Assembly: GCA_963836075.1 (NCBI GenBank)
Contig: CAWIIB010000009.1
Coordinates: 1,024,001-1,088,000, forward strand
Source: an uncultured Acidobacteriota bacterium
Lineage (GTDB): Bacteria; Acidobacteriota; JAQAZP01
DNA: 64,000 nucleotides
Direction of reading: 5' to 3'
Positions 50,643-61,673 of the stretch are shown here, in pieces. How positions within the stretch are numbered: position 1 is the first letter of the stretch; the number at the start of each line of letters is the position of its first letter. The notes beneath the pieces are model-generated. The model did no database searches. It worked only from the letters and a program-made list of their open reading frames with translations, and had not been told where the DNA came from. Made by a program: the position numbers and the translations under genes.

Positions 50643-52997
50643 ACGAACGGGTAGCACGACTGAGACAGGCCAGCCTCGACGCCCGGCCGAGTATCACGGC
50701 CGAACGGGCCCGGCTGGTGACCTGGTATTACCGGCACGCCGACCTCCGCTCGCCGGTGATGCACCGCGCCCTGGCCTTCAGCCACCTGATGCATCAGAAG
50801 GCGGTCTGGATCGGCGAGGACGAGCTGCTCGTGGGGGAGCGGGGCCCGGCGCCCAAGGCCACGCCCACCTACCCCGAGGTCTGCTGCCACACCCTCGAGG
50901 ACCTGGAGACGCTGCACAGCCGGGAGAAGACCTCCTACGAGGTGGATGAAGAGACGAGGCGGATTTACGCCGAGGAGATAATCCCCTTCTGGCAGGGCCG
51001 GACGCTCCGCGAGCGGATCCTCGGCGAGATGTCCAAACCGTGGCTCGACGCGTACCAGTGCGGCATCTTCACCGAGTTCATGGAACAGCGCGCGCCGGGG
51101 CACACCGTGGCCGACCACAAGATCTACCACGACGGGTTTCTGGGCTTTGTCTCCCGCATCGACCAGCGGCTGCGGGGCCTCGATTTTCTCGGTGACCCGC
51201 GGGCCCTGGCCCGCCGGCAGCAGCTCACCGCCATGCGCATCTGCGCCGAGGCGATCATCCTCTTCGCCCGCCGACACGCCGAGAAGGCGCTGGAGCTGGC
51301 CGCCGCCGAGGAGGACCCGCAGCGCCGCTCCGAGCTGGAGCTGATCGCCAGGGTTTGCGAGCGCGTGCCGGCCCACGCCCCGGCCGACTTCCGGGAGGCG
51401 CTCCAGGCTTACTGGTTCGCACACCTCGGGGTGATCAGCGAGCTGAACCCCTGGGACGCCTTCAACCCCGGCCGCCTGGACCAGCACCTGCTGCCGTTCT
51501 ACCGCGACGGGCTGCGCAACGGCACGCTCACCGAGGAGTCGGCCCGCGAGCTGCTGCAGTGCTTCTGGATCAAGTTCAACAACCAGCCGGCCCCACCCAA
51601 GGTGGGGGTCACCGCGGCGGAGAGCGGCACCTACACCGACTTTGCCAACATCAACGTCGGCGGCCTGCGCCCCGACGGCTCGGACGGGGTCAACGAGGTC
51701 TCCTTCCTGCTGCTCGACGTGATCGACGAGATGCGGCTGCTGCAGCCCAGCTCGAACATCCAGCTCTCGCGCAAGAACCCCGAGCCGTTCCTCCGCCGGG
51801 CCTGCTCCATCGTGCGCAAGGGCTGGGGCCAACCCTCGATGTTCAACGCCGACGCGGTGGTGTCCGAACTGGTGGGGCAGGGCAAGTCGGTGGAGGACGC
51901 CCGCTGCGGCGGCACCAGCGGCTGTGTCGAGGCCGGGGCCTTCGGCAAGGAGGCCTACATCCTCACCGGCTACTTCAACCTGCCCAAGGTGCTGGAGATC
52001 ACCTTCAACAACGGCCGGGACCCGCAGACCGGCAAGGCCATCGGCCTGGCCACCGGCGACCCGGCGGAGTGCGAAGAACATGGAGGAACTGCTCGACGCC
52101 TTCCGGCGCCAGCTGCAGCACTTCGTCGAGGTCAAGATCACCGGCAACAACATCATCGAGCGGCTCTACGCCGAAGAGATGCCGGCCCCCTTCCTCTCGC
52201 TGCTCATCGACGACTGCATCGACAAGGGGATGGACTACAACGACGGCGGCGCCCGCTACAACACCAGCTACATCCAGGGCGTGGGATTGGGGACGATCAC
52301 CGACAGCCTTTCAGCCATCGCCCACCACGTCTTCGGCGAGAAGACGGTGACCATGAAGGAGTTGCTGGCCGCGCTGGCCGCCGACTTCGAGGGCCGCGAG
52401 CCGCTGCGGCTCAAACTGCGCAACAAGTCGCCGCGCTACGGCAACGACGACGACCGCGCCGACGACATCATGCGCCGGGTTTTCGAGCTCTACCACCAGG
52501 CCATCGACGGGCGGCCCAACACCCGCGGCGGGGAGTACCGCATCAACCTCCTGCCCACCACCTGCCACATCTACTTCGGCCAGGTCACCGGCGCCACCCC
52601 CGAGGGGCGGCATGCCGGCACGCCGCTCTCCGAGGGCATCTCCCCGGTGCAGGGGGCGGACCGCAAGGGCCCCACCGCGGTGCTCCGCTCGGCGGCCAAG
52701 ATGGACCACCTGCGCACCGGCGGCACCCTGCTCAACCAGAAGTTCACGCCCCAGCTCCTCGAAGGCGAGGAGGGGATCGGCAGCCTGGCCGCCCTGGTGC
52801 GCACCTACTTCAAGCTCGACGGCCACCACCTGCAGTTCAACGTGGTCAGTGCCGGGACCCTGCGCCAGGCCCAGGCCGACCCCGAGGCGCACCGTGACCT
52901 GATCGTCCGCGTGGCCGGGTACAGCGACTACTTCTGCGACCTGAGCAAGGCCCTGCAGGACGAGATCATCCAGCGCACCGAGCACGAAGCGATGTAA
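50639..52997 (+). CDS. hypD: trans-4-hydroxy-L-proline dehydratase (glycyl radical enzyme); one frameshift near 52072
   Basis: FTEFMEQRAPGH, WDAF, ESGTYTDF, SGCVE, YILTGY, LPTTCH and RVAGYS match recalled HypD active-site motifs. Confidence 0.85.
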
Positions 52998-53038
52998 GCC
53001 CCAGTGCCCGGCGTGTTCTTCCCCGGTTTCGCCGGCGT

Positions 53039-53770
53039 CACGGTCACTGTACGCAGCCCAAAGAAGGTGCAGGGCGTCTGCCCGGTGGTGGCCCAGTATG
53101 ACGCGCTGACATTCTTGTCCTTGCTGGCGCTGCAGGTGCCGCCGCCAGGAGTGCACATGGTGCGGTATTACGGCCATTACTCGGTGAGGAGCCGGGCCGA
53201 GCGACGACGGCGAGCAGGGCAGGGGCAGGAGGCTATCCACACCGTGGCACCGCCGCCGGCCACGATTCGGAGGCGCCGCTGGGCACAGCTGTTGCGCCAA
53301 GTGTTCGAGGTTGAAGTTCTGACCTGTGAAAAGTGCAAGGCCAGGATGAAGATCATCTCGTTCATCACAGCATCCCAGGAGCAGGTGCTCCGCCGCATCC
53401 TCGATCACCTGGGGGTGAGCACTGTCGTGCCTCGAGCTCACGGGCCTCCAGAGTGGCTCGCCAGACGCGAGCAAAATCAGCGAGCAGCACGGTCCCGGGA
53501 AGAAGTGGATTTCTCGCAGGCGCCGAACGGTTGGGACGAGTGGGAGCCGGCGTGAGATTTGTGAGTTGAAACGGGGCCGGAATCCAGGGAGTGGTGTGTC
53601 AGGATCGCGGGTTGTGATCGGTCGGGACACCAGAATAATTTCTCATCACGGCCCGGCGCTCCCAGACGGACCACGCCACATCATTCAAGGACAAGTTCCA
53701 TGATGTTGGGTGAGGTTGGGTGAAGGAACCGCTTGCGAAATATTTACGCCGGCTAAGGAAAACACTATAC
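53039..53770 (+). mobile_element. IS91-family (Y2/HUH) transposase 3' remnant, copy 1, with putative oriIS end
   Basis: HMVRYYG.YS, WAQLL.QVFE..L.C.KC...M.I.SFI, RILDHL; GCTAAG-N5-CACTATAC at 53752-53770. Confidence 0.8.
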
Positions 53771-54008
53771 ATAGGTCTTGACCTATGCCATCCTCTACGT
53801 CGTATTGGGCGTACTGTCGGGAATGGAGCCTGCCCTGTACTTTTCGACGGTCACCTTTACCACGCTCGGCTACGGCGACGTGGTGCTCGACCCGCGATGG
53901 CGTCTGTTGGCCTCCTTCGAGGCTGCCAACGGCATCATCATGTTCGGTTGGACCACGGCGATTGTCATCGCCGCCGTGCAACGGGTCTACGCGTCGGCGC
54001 AGCGATGA
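53771..54008 (+). pseudogene. 5'-truncated two-TM potassium channel family protein
   Basis: ALYFS.VTFTTLGYGD selectivity filter; N-terminus missing next to the IS end. Confidence 0.75.
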
Positions 54009-54075
54009 GAGAAGGAGTTGCGCCCAACCGCCCTGCCGAGACGTCCCTCGACGGAGAAGGAGTAGAATCTACACC

Positions 54076-55734
54076 ATGACAGAGCTACATGATTTTCTCA
54101 GCAACCAGCCCGTGCTGGTTTTCTTTCTCGTCCTGGGCCTTGGTTATCTCATCGGCAGCATACGGGTTTTCGGCATCAGCATGGGCCCGGTGGGCGGCGT
54201 TCTCTTGGCCGGGCTGGTATTCGGCCATCTCGGCTTCAGCATCGGCCCCGTCGCGCAGACGTTCGGTTTTGCGCTGTTCATATTCTGTGTGGGCTATCAG
54301 GCGGGTCCGCAGTTCTTCGACGTGCTGCGGACCAGCGGCCTGAAGTACCTGTCCCTGGCACTGGTCGTCGCGGCCACGGGCTTCGCCCTGACCGTGGTGC
54401 TGTCGAAAGCGCTGGGGCTGGCGCCGGGCCTCGCCGCCGGGTTACTGGGCGGCGCCATGACGACAACGCCCACGTTGGCGGCGGCGCAGGATGCTATCCG
54501 TTCCGGGCTCGTCGAGGCGCCACCCGGGTTCGCCCCCGACCAGGTGCTGACCAACATCGGCGCCGCCTATGCGTTGACCTACCTTTTCGGACTGATCGGG
54601 CTGATCCTGGTCATCCGACTGATGCCCAAAGCTCTGGGACTCGACCTGCCCGCGGAGGCCGCCAAGCTCACCACCGGCGCCGACCCGAACGCGGGTCCGG
54701 ATCTGTCCGGAATCACGCAGCGGACCTTCCGCATTACCCAGCCCGAGCTTCTGGGCCGAACCGTCAAGGAAGCCGAGCGCCGCGTGCCGGGCGCGGTCAG
54801 CTTCGTCGCCATTCGACGCAAAGGTGAGATGATCCCCGTGCAATTCGACACCCGTGTCGAGCTCGGCGACGAGGTGCTTCTGATCGGCCAGGTCGATCAC
54901 CTGCTCGAGCGCGCTCCTGAGCTCGGCGAGGAGGTCGCGGATTCCGAAGGCTTGAAAATTCCAATGACAACCGCCGAGGTGGTGGTGTCCAACCGGAAGC
55001 TGCTGGGAAAGCCGCTTCGCGACGTCCAGCCGGACGAACGCATCGGAGTGTTGCCGTTACACGTGCGCCGGCTCCGCGCAACGCTTCCGCTGAACGATGA
55101 CCTCGAGCTGCGCCGCGGCGACGTCATGACCGTGTACGGCCCGCAGGTTGCCATCGACAAGCTGGCGCAGTTCGCTGGTCGTGTCGAGGAGGGAATTGAG
55201 GAGACGGATCTCTTCACTTTTGCCATCGGCATTGCCGCCGGCATCGCGCTCGGTACGTTGGCGGTCACGGTGGGCGGCGTCACCATCGCGCTCGGCATGG
55301 CCGGAGGGCTTTTGATCACCGGCCTGCTCATCGGCTTCCTGCGCTCCATCTGGCCCATCTTCGGCCGGGTGCCCTCCGCCTCCCGGTGGGTGCTCCAGCA
55401 GCTCGGACTGCTCATGTTCATGGCCGGCGTCGGACTCGACTCGGGCAGCGGGATCGTCGAGATTGTCCAGAGCTCCGGCCTCCAGCTGATCTGCGCCGGG
55501 GTGGTGGTGACGCTGGCGCCCGTGCTCGTGGGCTACTTTTTCAGCCGCAAGGTGCTCAAGCTGAATCCTGCAGAAGCCCTCGGGGGCGTTGCCGGTTCGA
55601 TGACCTCCGGTGCCGCGCTGAGCGTTGTCAACGACGCCGCCAAGAGTGATGCGCCGGCGCTCGGCTACACAGGCGCCTATGCCTTCGCCAACGTCATTCT
55701 CACCCTGGCAGGTACCCTGATCATGTTCGTATGA
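54076..55734 (+). CDS. AspT/YidE/YbjL family antiporter with two TrkA-C domains
   Basis: FALFIFCVGYQAGPQFF, GAMTTTPTL, duplicated membrane domains around TrkA-C repeats, GYTGAYAFANV. Confidence 0.88.
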   Translation: MTELHDFLSNQPVLVFFLVLGLGYLIGSIRVFGISMGPVGGVLLAGLVFGHLGFSIGPVAQTFGFALFIFCVGYQAGPQFFDVLRTSGLKYLSLALVVAATGFALTVVLSKALGLAPGLAAGLLGGAMTTTPTLAAAQDAIRSGLVEAPPGFAPDQVLTNIGAAYALTYLFGLIGLILVIRLMPKALGLDLPAEAAKLTTGADPNAGPDLSGITQRTFRITQPELLGRTVKEAERRVPGAVSFVAIRRKGEMIPVQFDTRVELGDEVLLIGQVDHLLERAPELGEEVADSEGLKIPMTTAEVVVSNRKLLGKPLRDVQPDERIGVLPLHVRRLRATLPLNDDLELRRGDVMTVYGPQVAIDKLAQFAGRVEEGIEETDLFTFAIGIAAGIALGTLAVTVGGVTIALGMAGGLLITGLLIGFLRSIWPIFGRVPSASRWVLQQLGLLMFMAGVGLDSGSGIVEIVQSSGLQLICAGVVVTLAPVLVGYFFSRKVLKLNPAEALGGVAGSMTSGAALSVVNDAAKSDAPALGYTGAYAFANVILTLAGTLIMFV

Positions 55735-55862
55735 CGTGGCTCGCCAACACCCTCCGACAGCACTGCGGACCAGGGAAGACTTCATGACGAGTTGCACACA
55801 TCGAACCACGAAGAAGGCCGGCCCGATCACCTGGCCGGTGGTTTCCCGACGGGAGAGTCGCC

Positions 55863-56029
55863 ATGACTGAGAATGGTCTGCTTCACAAGCTGAACCCAGC
55901 CGTCATCAAAGGGGCAACGTTCACGTTGGCAGGACTCATCGTCCTCGCGGTGCCGCACGCATCGGAGCTCGTGCTCCGATTCATCCTGGCCGGAACGTTC
56001 CTCGTCATCGGGGCAAGCGATCTCTGGGG
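55863..56029 (+). pseudogene. N-terminal fragment of a membrane protein interrupted by the IS91-like remnant
   Basis: GGAGAG RBS and two TM helices, after which the sequence switches to transposase (LHPLATDG). Confidence 0.45.
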
Positions 56030-57075
56030 CTCCACCCCCTGGCCACTGATGGCGCCTTTGACGGTGATGGTGTCTTCCACCCGATGCCCTTCGACATGCA
56101 GGGGGAAGTCGAAGTGCTGACCCGCTTGTTCGCCAAACGGGTGCTCGACCTGATCCGCGGCGCAAACGGCTGAGTATTCGCCTTCGCGACGAGATGCTGA
56201 GCTGGGAGCGCAGCGGTTTCTCCGTTGATGGCTCGGTGAAGGTCGCGGTTGGCGATTATGGGCGGCTCAAAAGACTGGTTCGTTATCTCGCCCGTCCGGC
56301 GGTGTCGGCGCAAAGGGTGGAGTACGACAAGGCCGGCGGCACGGTCACTGTACGCAGCCAAAGAAGGTGCAGGGCGTCCGCCCGGTGGTGGCCCAGTATG
56401 ACGCGCTGACATTCTTGTCCTTGCTGGCGCTGCAGGTGCCGCCGCCAGGAGTGCACATGGTGCGGTATTACGGCCATTACTCGGTGAGGAGCCGGGCCGA
56501 GCGACGACGGCGAGCAGGGCAGGGGCAGGAGGCTATCCACACCGTGGCACCGCCGCCGGCCACGATTCGGAGGCGCCGCTGGGCACAGCTGTTGCGCCAA
56601 GTGTTCGAGGTTGAAGTTCTGACCTGTGAAAAGTGCAAGGCCAGGATGAAGATCATCTCGTTCATCACAGCATCCCAGGAGCAGGTGCTCCGCCGCATCC
56701 TCGATCACCTGGGGGTGAGCACTGTCGTGCCTCGAGCTCACGGGCCTCCAGAGTGGCTCGCCAGACGCGAGCAAAATCAGCGAGCAGCACGGTCCCGGGA
56801 AGAAGAGGATTTCTCGCAGGTTCCGCTTGGTTGGGACGAATGGGAGCCGACGTGAGATCCGGGATCCTGGAGCAGAGGGGGATTTCCTCGGGGATAAGTC
56901 TGTTCAAATCACTCTTTATCCCAGGAAATTCTCGTCATCGGGTCACTATCACCATCGTTGTTCAGCGGTGAGAGCAATCCACCCCCGGATATCCGGCCGA
57001 TAACCCCTCCAGATTCGATCCGCACTCTCTCATACGGCTTGAGCCGCTTGGTCACAGCTAAGCTTTTCACTATAC
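56030..57075 (+). mobile_element. IS91-family transposase remnant, copy 2 (frameshifted, starts inside the HUH region), with putative oriIS end
   Basis: LH.LATDG.F...G.F, LSW..SGFSVD, RL.RYLARP, then about 500 bp near-identical to copy 1; GCTAAG-N5-CACTATAC at 57057-57075. Confidence 0.82.
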
Positions 57076-57082
57076 TTTCAAG

Positions 57083-57370
57083 ATGTTGCCGCGGGTCGAC
57101 ATCATCTACGCCCACGAGAACGCGGACGGGGTGCTGGTCGAAGCGGCGTTGTCCGCGGGCGCCACGGGGACCGTCATCGCCGGTGCGGGTGACGGCAACA
57201 CCACCGCGCCGATGGTGGAGGCCATGGCTGCGGCGGCGGCCAAGGGTGTGGTGGTGGTCCGCAGCTCCCGGGTGGGAAGCGGCATCGTGCGCCGGAACAT
57301 CGAACTCGAAGACGACAAGCTGGGTTTCGTCGCCTCGTTCGAGCTCAACCCGGCGTGCATCACCAGGTGA
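57083..57370 (+). pseudogene. ansB: C-terminal fragment of a type II asparaginase/glutaminase
   Basis: LPRVDIIY, G.V.AG.GDGN, GVVVVRSSRV.SG, GFVAS..LNP; catalytic N-domain absent. Confidence 0.8.
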
Positions 57371-57371
57371 A

Positions 57372-59018
57372 CTATTCCAGTATCAGAGAGAGCCGCACCA
57401 TCAGCCCGTCGGAATGGCCGGTTTCTCCGTATTGATCCAGCACGACATGACGATAGTTTATGCCAAAGCTGGCCGCCGTGGTGAGCCACCAGTTGAGCCC
57501 CAGCGAATAGATGTCCATATCGCCGCCTTCAATGGTTCCCTCGTTGAGGTCCACCGTGGAAAAGCGTGTGGCCACCTCCCATGCGCCCCACCCTCCGGGA
57601 ATCACGGATTGGGCAACGGGAAGCGGTCCGAACAGGCCGTTCTTCCTGTTGTACGGCCTCATTTCCCCGGTCAGGGCATAGCTGGCGGTAACATGAAACC
57701 CGGTAAACACGGGGTCGCCCACTTCCGAGGAATCAATCCGGTTGATCACATATTCGCCATTCAGCAAAAACGGACCCCAGCGCCAGGCCGCTTCCAGATC
57801 GTAGAGGATGCCGTCGGCCGCAGGGAACGGGTCGGTATCCACGAATAGAGGGGCCTGGCGAAACTCCGGCGTCGAGCGGTACTGGACCGGCTGCCGTGCA
57901 TTGGTGTAACGCACGCCCGCACCGAGATGCACCAGCGAGCTTTCATCCCCGCTGAGCAGGGGCAGGCAGGCTCCCCGCCCGACGAACTGGGTTGAACTTT
58001 CGTCAATGGAATTCCCCTGATCCAGCCAGGGATTGAACACCCCTCCGGCCCAGGCGGAACGACGCTTGAAGGCCGTGCCGCTGAGCACGATCCCCACATT
58101 GCGGCTGGGCATCATGGCGTCGGAAACCGCACTGCGCTCCTGCATGGGCAGGTAGAGCAACGAGGCCAGCCGTTCCATGGAGATGGGCTCCTTCTGTTTC
58201 CCCAGCGCCAGGCTGAAATCCCCGCCCAATGGAATATCCAGCCGGGCATCGAAAACGCCAAGGCTGTTCTCATCATCCGAGTCAAAGCCCTGGTCAAAGG
58301 CGCGCGTCGTCAGGAAAACAGTGTAGATCCAGGGATTCTTGAAATTCAGCGTTCCGATGGCGCCAAAACGCAGGGCGCGAATCTCCCCGCCGTCATAGGG
58401 CGACAGCTCTCCCACCTGCGCCTCGCTGGTGTCGTCCTGACCGGGCCACATTCCCCGGTCGAGCACCACGGCCGCGATAAAATTGGCGTTGATATACTTG
58501 CTTTTGAACCGGTTCCATTTTTTGGAGTTCTGATACCCTATGGGCAGGGCAAACGGCGGGGGGGAGTAGGCGAACCATTTGGGCTCCGGATCCGGGCCTT
58601 CCTCGTCCGGAGCGGGACCGGGGCCCTCATCCAGCCGGTTGCGGATGATCTCGCCTTTCTTCACCACGAATACGGCATGGGTCATCGTGTCCAGCAGCGC
58701 GTCAAAATTTCCCCGGGGATCCTCGTCCAGGATCATGAAACTCGCCGGTTGTCCCAGGTCCAGGTGTCCGAGAATGACCCCGTTTCGCGCATCGACTACC
58801 TGGTCATCCGGTTTTCCCGGGACGGGATCCGCGGTCACCAGATCCAGCTTTCCGTTCAGGATCAGCAGATTGATCACCTGATCCTGCTCCTTGTCATGAC
58901 GGTCGATCAGCAGGGCATTATTGATCAGCAGCCGGTGGGGCTGATCTGTTTCGGCCAGACAGGGAGACGCCAAGAGCAGGAGGATTAGAATGCAGGCGAT
59001 GTTCAGATTCTTAAACAT
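57372..59018 (-). CDS. OprO/OprP-like porin with extra N-terminal domain
   Basis: Signal peptide; LGKQKEP.SMERL, LTGE.RPY....G.F, GAWE.A.R.S.VDL, GLNW barrel motifs. Confidence 0.82.
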   Translation of the reverse strand: MFKNLNIACILILLLLASPCLAETDQPHRLLINNALLIDRHDKEQDQVINLLILNGKLDLVTADPVPGKPDDQVVDARNGVILGHLDLGQPASFMILDEDPRGNFDALLDTMTHAVFVVKKGEIIRNRLDEGPGPAPDEEGPDPEPKWFAYSPPPFALPIGYQNSKKWNRFKSKYINANFIAAVVLDRGMWPGQDDTSEAQVGELSPYDGGEIRALRFGAIGTLNFKNPWIYTVFLTTRAFDQGFDSDDENSLGVFDARLDIPLGGDFSLALGKQKEPISMERLASLLYLPMQERSAVSDAMMPSRNVGIVLSGTAFKRRSAWAGGVFNPWLDQGNSIDESSTQFVGRGACLPLLSGDESSLVHLGAGVRYTNARQPVQYRSTPEFRQAPLFVDTDPFPAADGILYDLEAAWRWGPFLLNGEYVINRIDSSEVGDPVFTGFHVTASYALTGEMRPYNRKNGLFGPLPVAQSVIPGGWGAWEVATRFSTVDLNEGTIEGGDMDIYSLGLNWWLTTAASFGINYRHVVLDQYGETGHSDGLMVRLSLILE

Positions 59019-59050
59019 GTCCCCTCTTTCGGGTCATCCCCTGTCGCACA

Positions 59051-59515
59051 TCAGCCGCCAGCACAGGAGGCCGGTTCGATCACACTTTGCTGGAGTTCCT
59101 TGTTCAGGACGCCGGCCCGCTGCCCGAGCCGGTCATCCGCCAGGGCCGGCCAGTCATCGTCGATTATTGCTTGTGTGTATTCGATCAAAACGGCCCGAAT
59201 GGCCCGGGTTTTTTCGGCGTCAAACCGTTTCAAGTCGTCGAAGGTATCCGAGATCGCCACGGCTTCCCGCTCGATGGCGTTCTCAATCGCCCGCAGTTCG
59301 ACCAGAACCTCCACGAAAGCGAGCGAGAGCATGAGGCTGACCAGCATGCCGATCACCCGGAACAGGCTGCTGGTTGGATCCTCCAGATTCGCCGTTTGGT
59401 ACTTCGTAATGAGCTTGCAGGAGACGATGTACACCGCCAGCCCAAGGACGGTGGATATGGCCATGGCCATCAGGCCGCCGACCAACGTCAATTGCGAAAG
59501 CAGGAACTCGATCAT
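59051..59515 (-). pseudogene. Probable 3'-truncated DUF4239-like membrane protein
   Basis: Two TM helices, IG.LVSL.L..AF, E.EA.A, Y...II.D.WP; ends abruptly. Confidence 0.5.
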
Positions 59516-59772
59516 GAAACCCCTCCGATGGATGAGTCGATTCCATCGTGTTCAAACAACAGAAGTTGACATCCTCCATTGCCCTGGGGCAGGCCTGGTC
59601 GTTCCATAACTGCATTCTAACCACGATCAGGGGAGGAAACACCTGAACCGTTTTATCGGACTGGACGGTCATCCGTCAAGCAACCCAATCGTAGTGAATG
59701 AAGAGGAATCTGTTATATTGTTGATGTTTTCAGCGACTAACCAATGACTGAACAGACTGGAGGCGCAGACCG

Positions 59773-59955
59773 ATGAACGCAGGAATCGCCAGGATCAGGC
59801 CCACGGCTCAGGCACCCATGGGTGATGCCGGCCGGGCCCTGGAAGCGCTGGGCCGGGGCGCCGACCCGAACACGGTCGACGCGGACGGTGACACGGCCCT
59901 CGATTTCGCCACCAGGAACGGGTGTACTGGTCCAGCGAGTTTTGATCGGCGCTGA
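59773..59955 (+). pseudogene. Ankyrin-repeat fragment
   Basis: GADPN..D.DG.TAL..A..NG single repeat. Confidence 0.45.
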
Positions 59956-60111
59956 TAGCTGATATTGCCCTGATTCGACATCCCACCGACCAATCTAATC
60001 GTTGAATTTTGTCGGGAAGCTGCCGCGATCGCGGTTAGAGCCTGATTTCGTCCGCTTCGGATAGACTTCGCGATGACGCGAGATCCTTGACAGCGGAAAT
60101 CAGTGACGCGG

Positions 60112-61449
60112 TCAGGCTGCCTTCCGCAGCTCGATCACGGGCAGATGCTTCCTCCCTTCCAGATAGCCGATAACCAGATGCAGCCGCACTCCACGCTTTT
60201 CCTTGACACTCGTCTGAGGCGCGGCACAACGACTTTCAGGTGGCCACTTCCGCCGAGGCTCGAATCGAGGATTTGCGTTCTTCGGGAATAGCCCATCATA
60301 CATTTCCTTCGGTGTTTTCCCTTCCAGCCACTCGTGCGGCCGGTGCTCGTTGTACCAGTCTGCATACAGCGACAATTCCAGCCTCATGGCATTCAGCCGC
60401 AAGGGAACGAGAATCCGACGAGTGCACTCATCTTTCATCGACCGAATATATCGCTCGACCACCGCGATGCTTCCATGCTGACCGACGGCGCCGAATCGTG
60501 GACTGACTTTTTTCCGCTGACACCACTTCTTGAAAACGTCACCAGTGAAGATCGCATCTTGATCAGTGATGATGTATTTCGGTGACCGACCGACTCTTCT
60601 CTCTACTTGATCGAGGAAATCACAAACATCACTGGCTGACGGCCGCTTTGGAAATATTGCATATCCGGTAAGAAGCCGGGAGAAATGGTCGACGACCACT
60701 GCTGCCCACCAGCAGAAGGGCCACGCTTGGTTTAACGAGAACGGTAGCCATGGAACCCAGAAGCCGGCCTTCGTCGGAACAACGGTCAGATCCACATGAT
60801 AAACATGATTCGGATACTTGGCCGTTACAACACTTGTGGTGATGCGTTCTTCAACTTGTTCTTGCACATCGGCCAGTGGTTCTTCGCTCTTCAGCATGCG
60901 TCCTACCGTTGTTGCACCAAGATGAAGACCTGCCCTGGCTAGAATCCGAGCAATCCGCTCCTTGCCCATCGAAGGGAAGAACAGCTTTATCTGGCAAACG
61001 ATGTAGCGAACAAATTCAGGAAATTTATTCACCGGCACTGATAACCGAATCAGTGCCCTCTCCCCTTCCTCATCGACTCGCCTCAGCCACGAGGAAATCG
61101 TCTGCTCGTTGAGCATGAATACTTCTGCCGCTTGTCGGATCGACCAGCCCTTTGCAGCCTTGAGCTTCAGGATTCGAATTCTCTCGATCGGACGGTAGTA
61201 GGGCCGGCGGTGAGGATGAACACGCCTGAATCGAGCATCCTTGATGCTCATCTCTTCTCTGAGCAGGGCGGCTTCGCTTCTTGCCTCTTCAAGCTCGGCC
61301 TGAAAACGGACCAGCTTATCCGCTCTTCTCGCAGCCCACCCGGATACGGAGGTAAAAGCCATCGAGGCGAGTGAGATCGTGTGAAGAACCGCTGACTTAA
61401 TGTGCTCTGGCCACTTCTTTGGCAATGGGATTTCGGTAATTTGAGTCAT
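60112..61449 (-). mobile_element. DDE integrase-core (rve) transposase with N-terminal HTH (IS481/IS3-like)
   Basis: HVDLT, VVDHFSR, ITDQD..F, VERYIRSMKDE, YNEHRPH..L.G.TP; GGAGG RBS; lower GC than flanks. Confidence 0.85.
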
Positions 61450-61615
61450 TTTGATCCTCCAAAAAGTCTTATCGGAATGACTTTTCGGAGAATATCTTAT
61501 ATTCTTTATTTTCTAGGTTTTATGCAGCTAGTCATGACGCCCTTCTGGCCGTACAAACTCCCTGGACCAGTACAGCCCGCCGCATGCTCGGGGAGTATCT
61601 TCGCTGCGCGATCCT

Positions 61616-61673
61616 CGCCGCCGGCCACGATTCGGAGGCGCAGCTGGGCACAGCTAAGCGTTTCACTATACTT
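61616..61673 (+). mobile_element. Minimal IS91-like remnant (40 bp of transposase fused to the ori end)
   Basis: 61616-61655 matches 53251-53290 (1 mismatch); 61649-61673 matches 57053-57077 (1 mismatch). Confidence 0.75.

Noticed and set aside
53785-54075. Long N-terminal extension of the antiporter ORF
   Set aside because: It overlaps the K-channel fragment in another frame; family similarity begins at ATG 54076.
59993-60041. TCTAAT...GTTAGA pair resembling an integron attC site
   Set aside because: No convincing L boxes, no second site and no integron integrase in the window.
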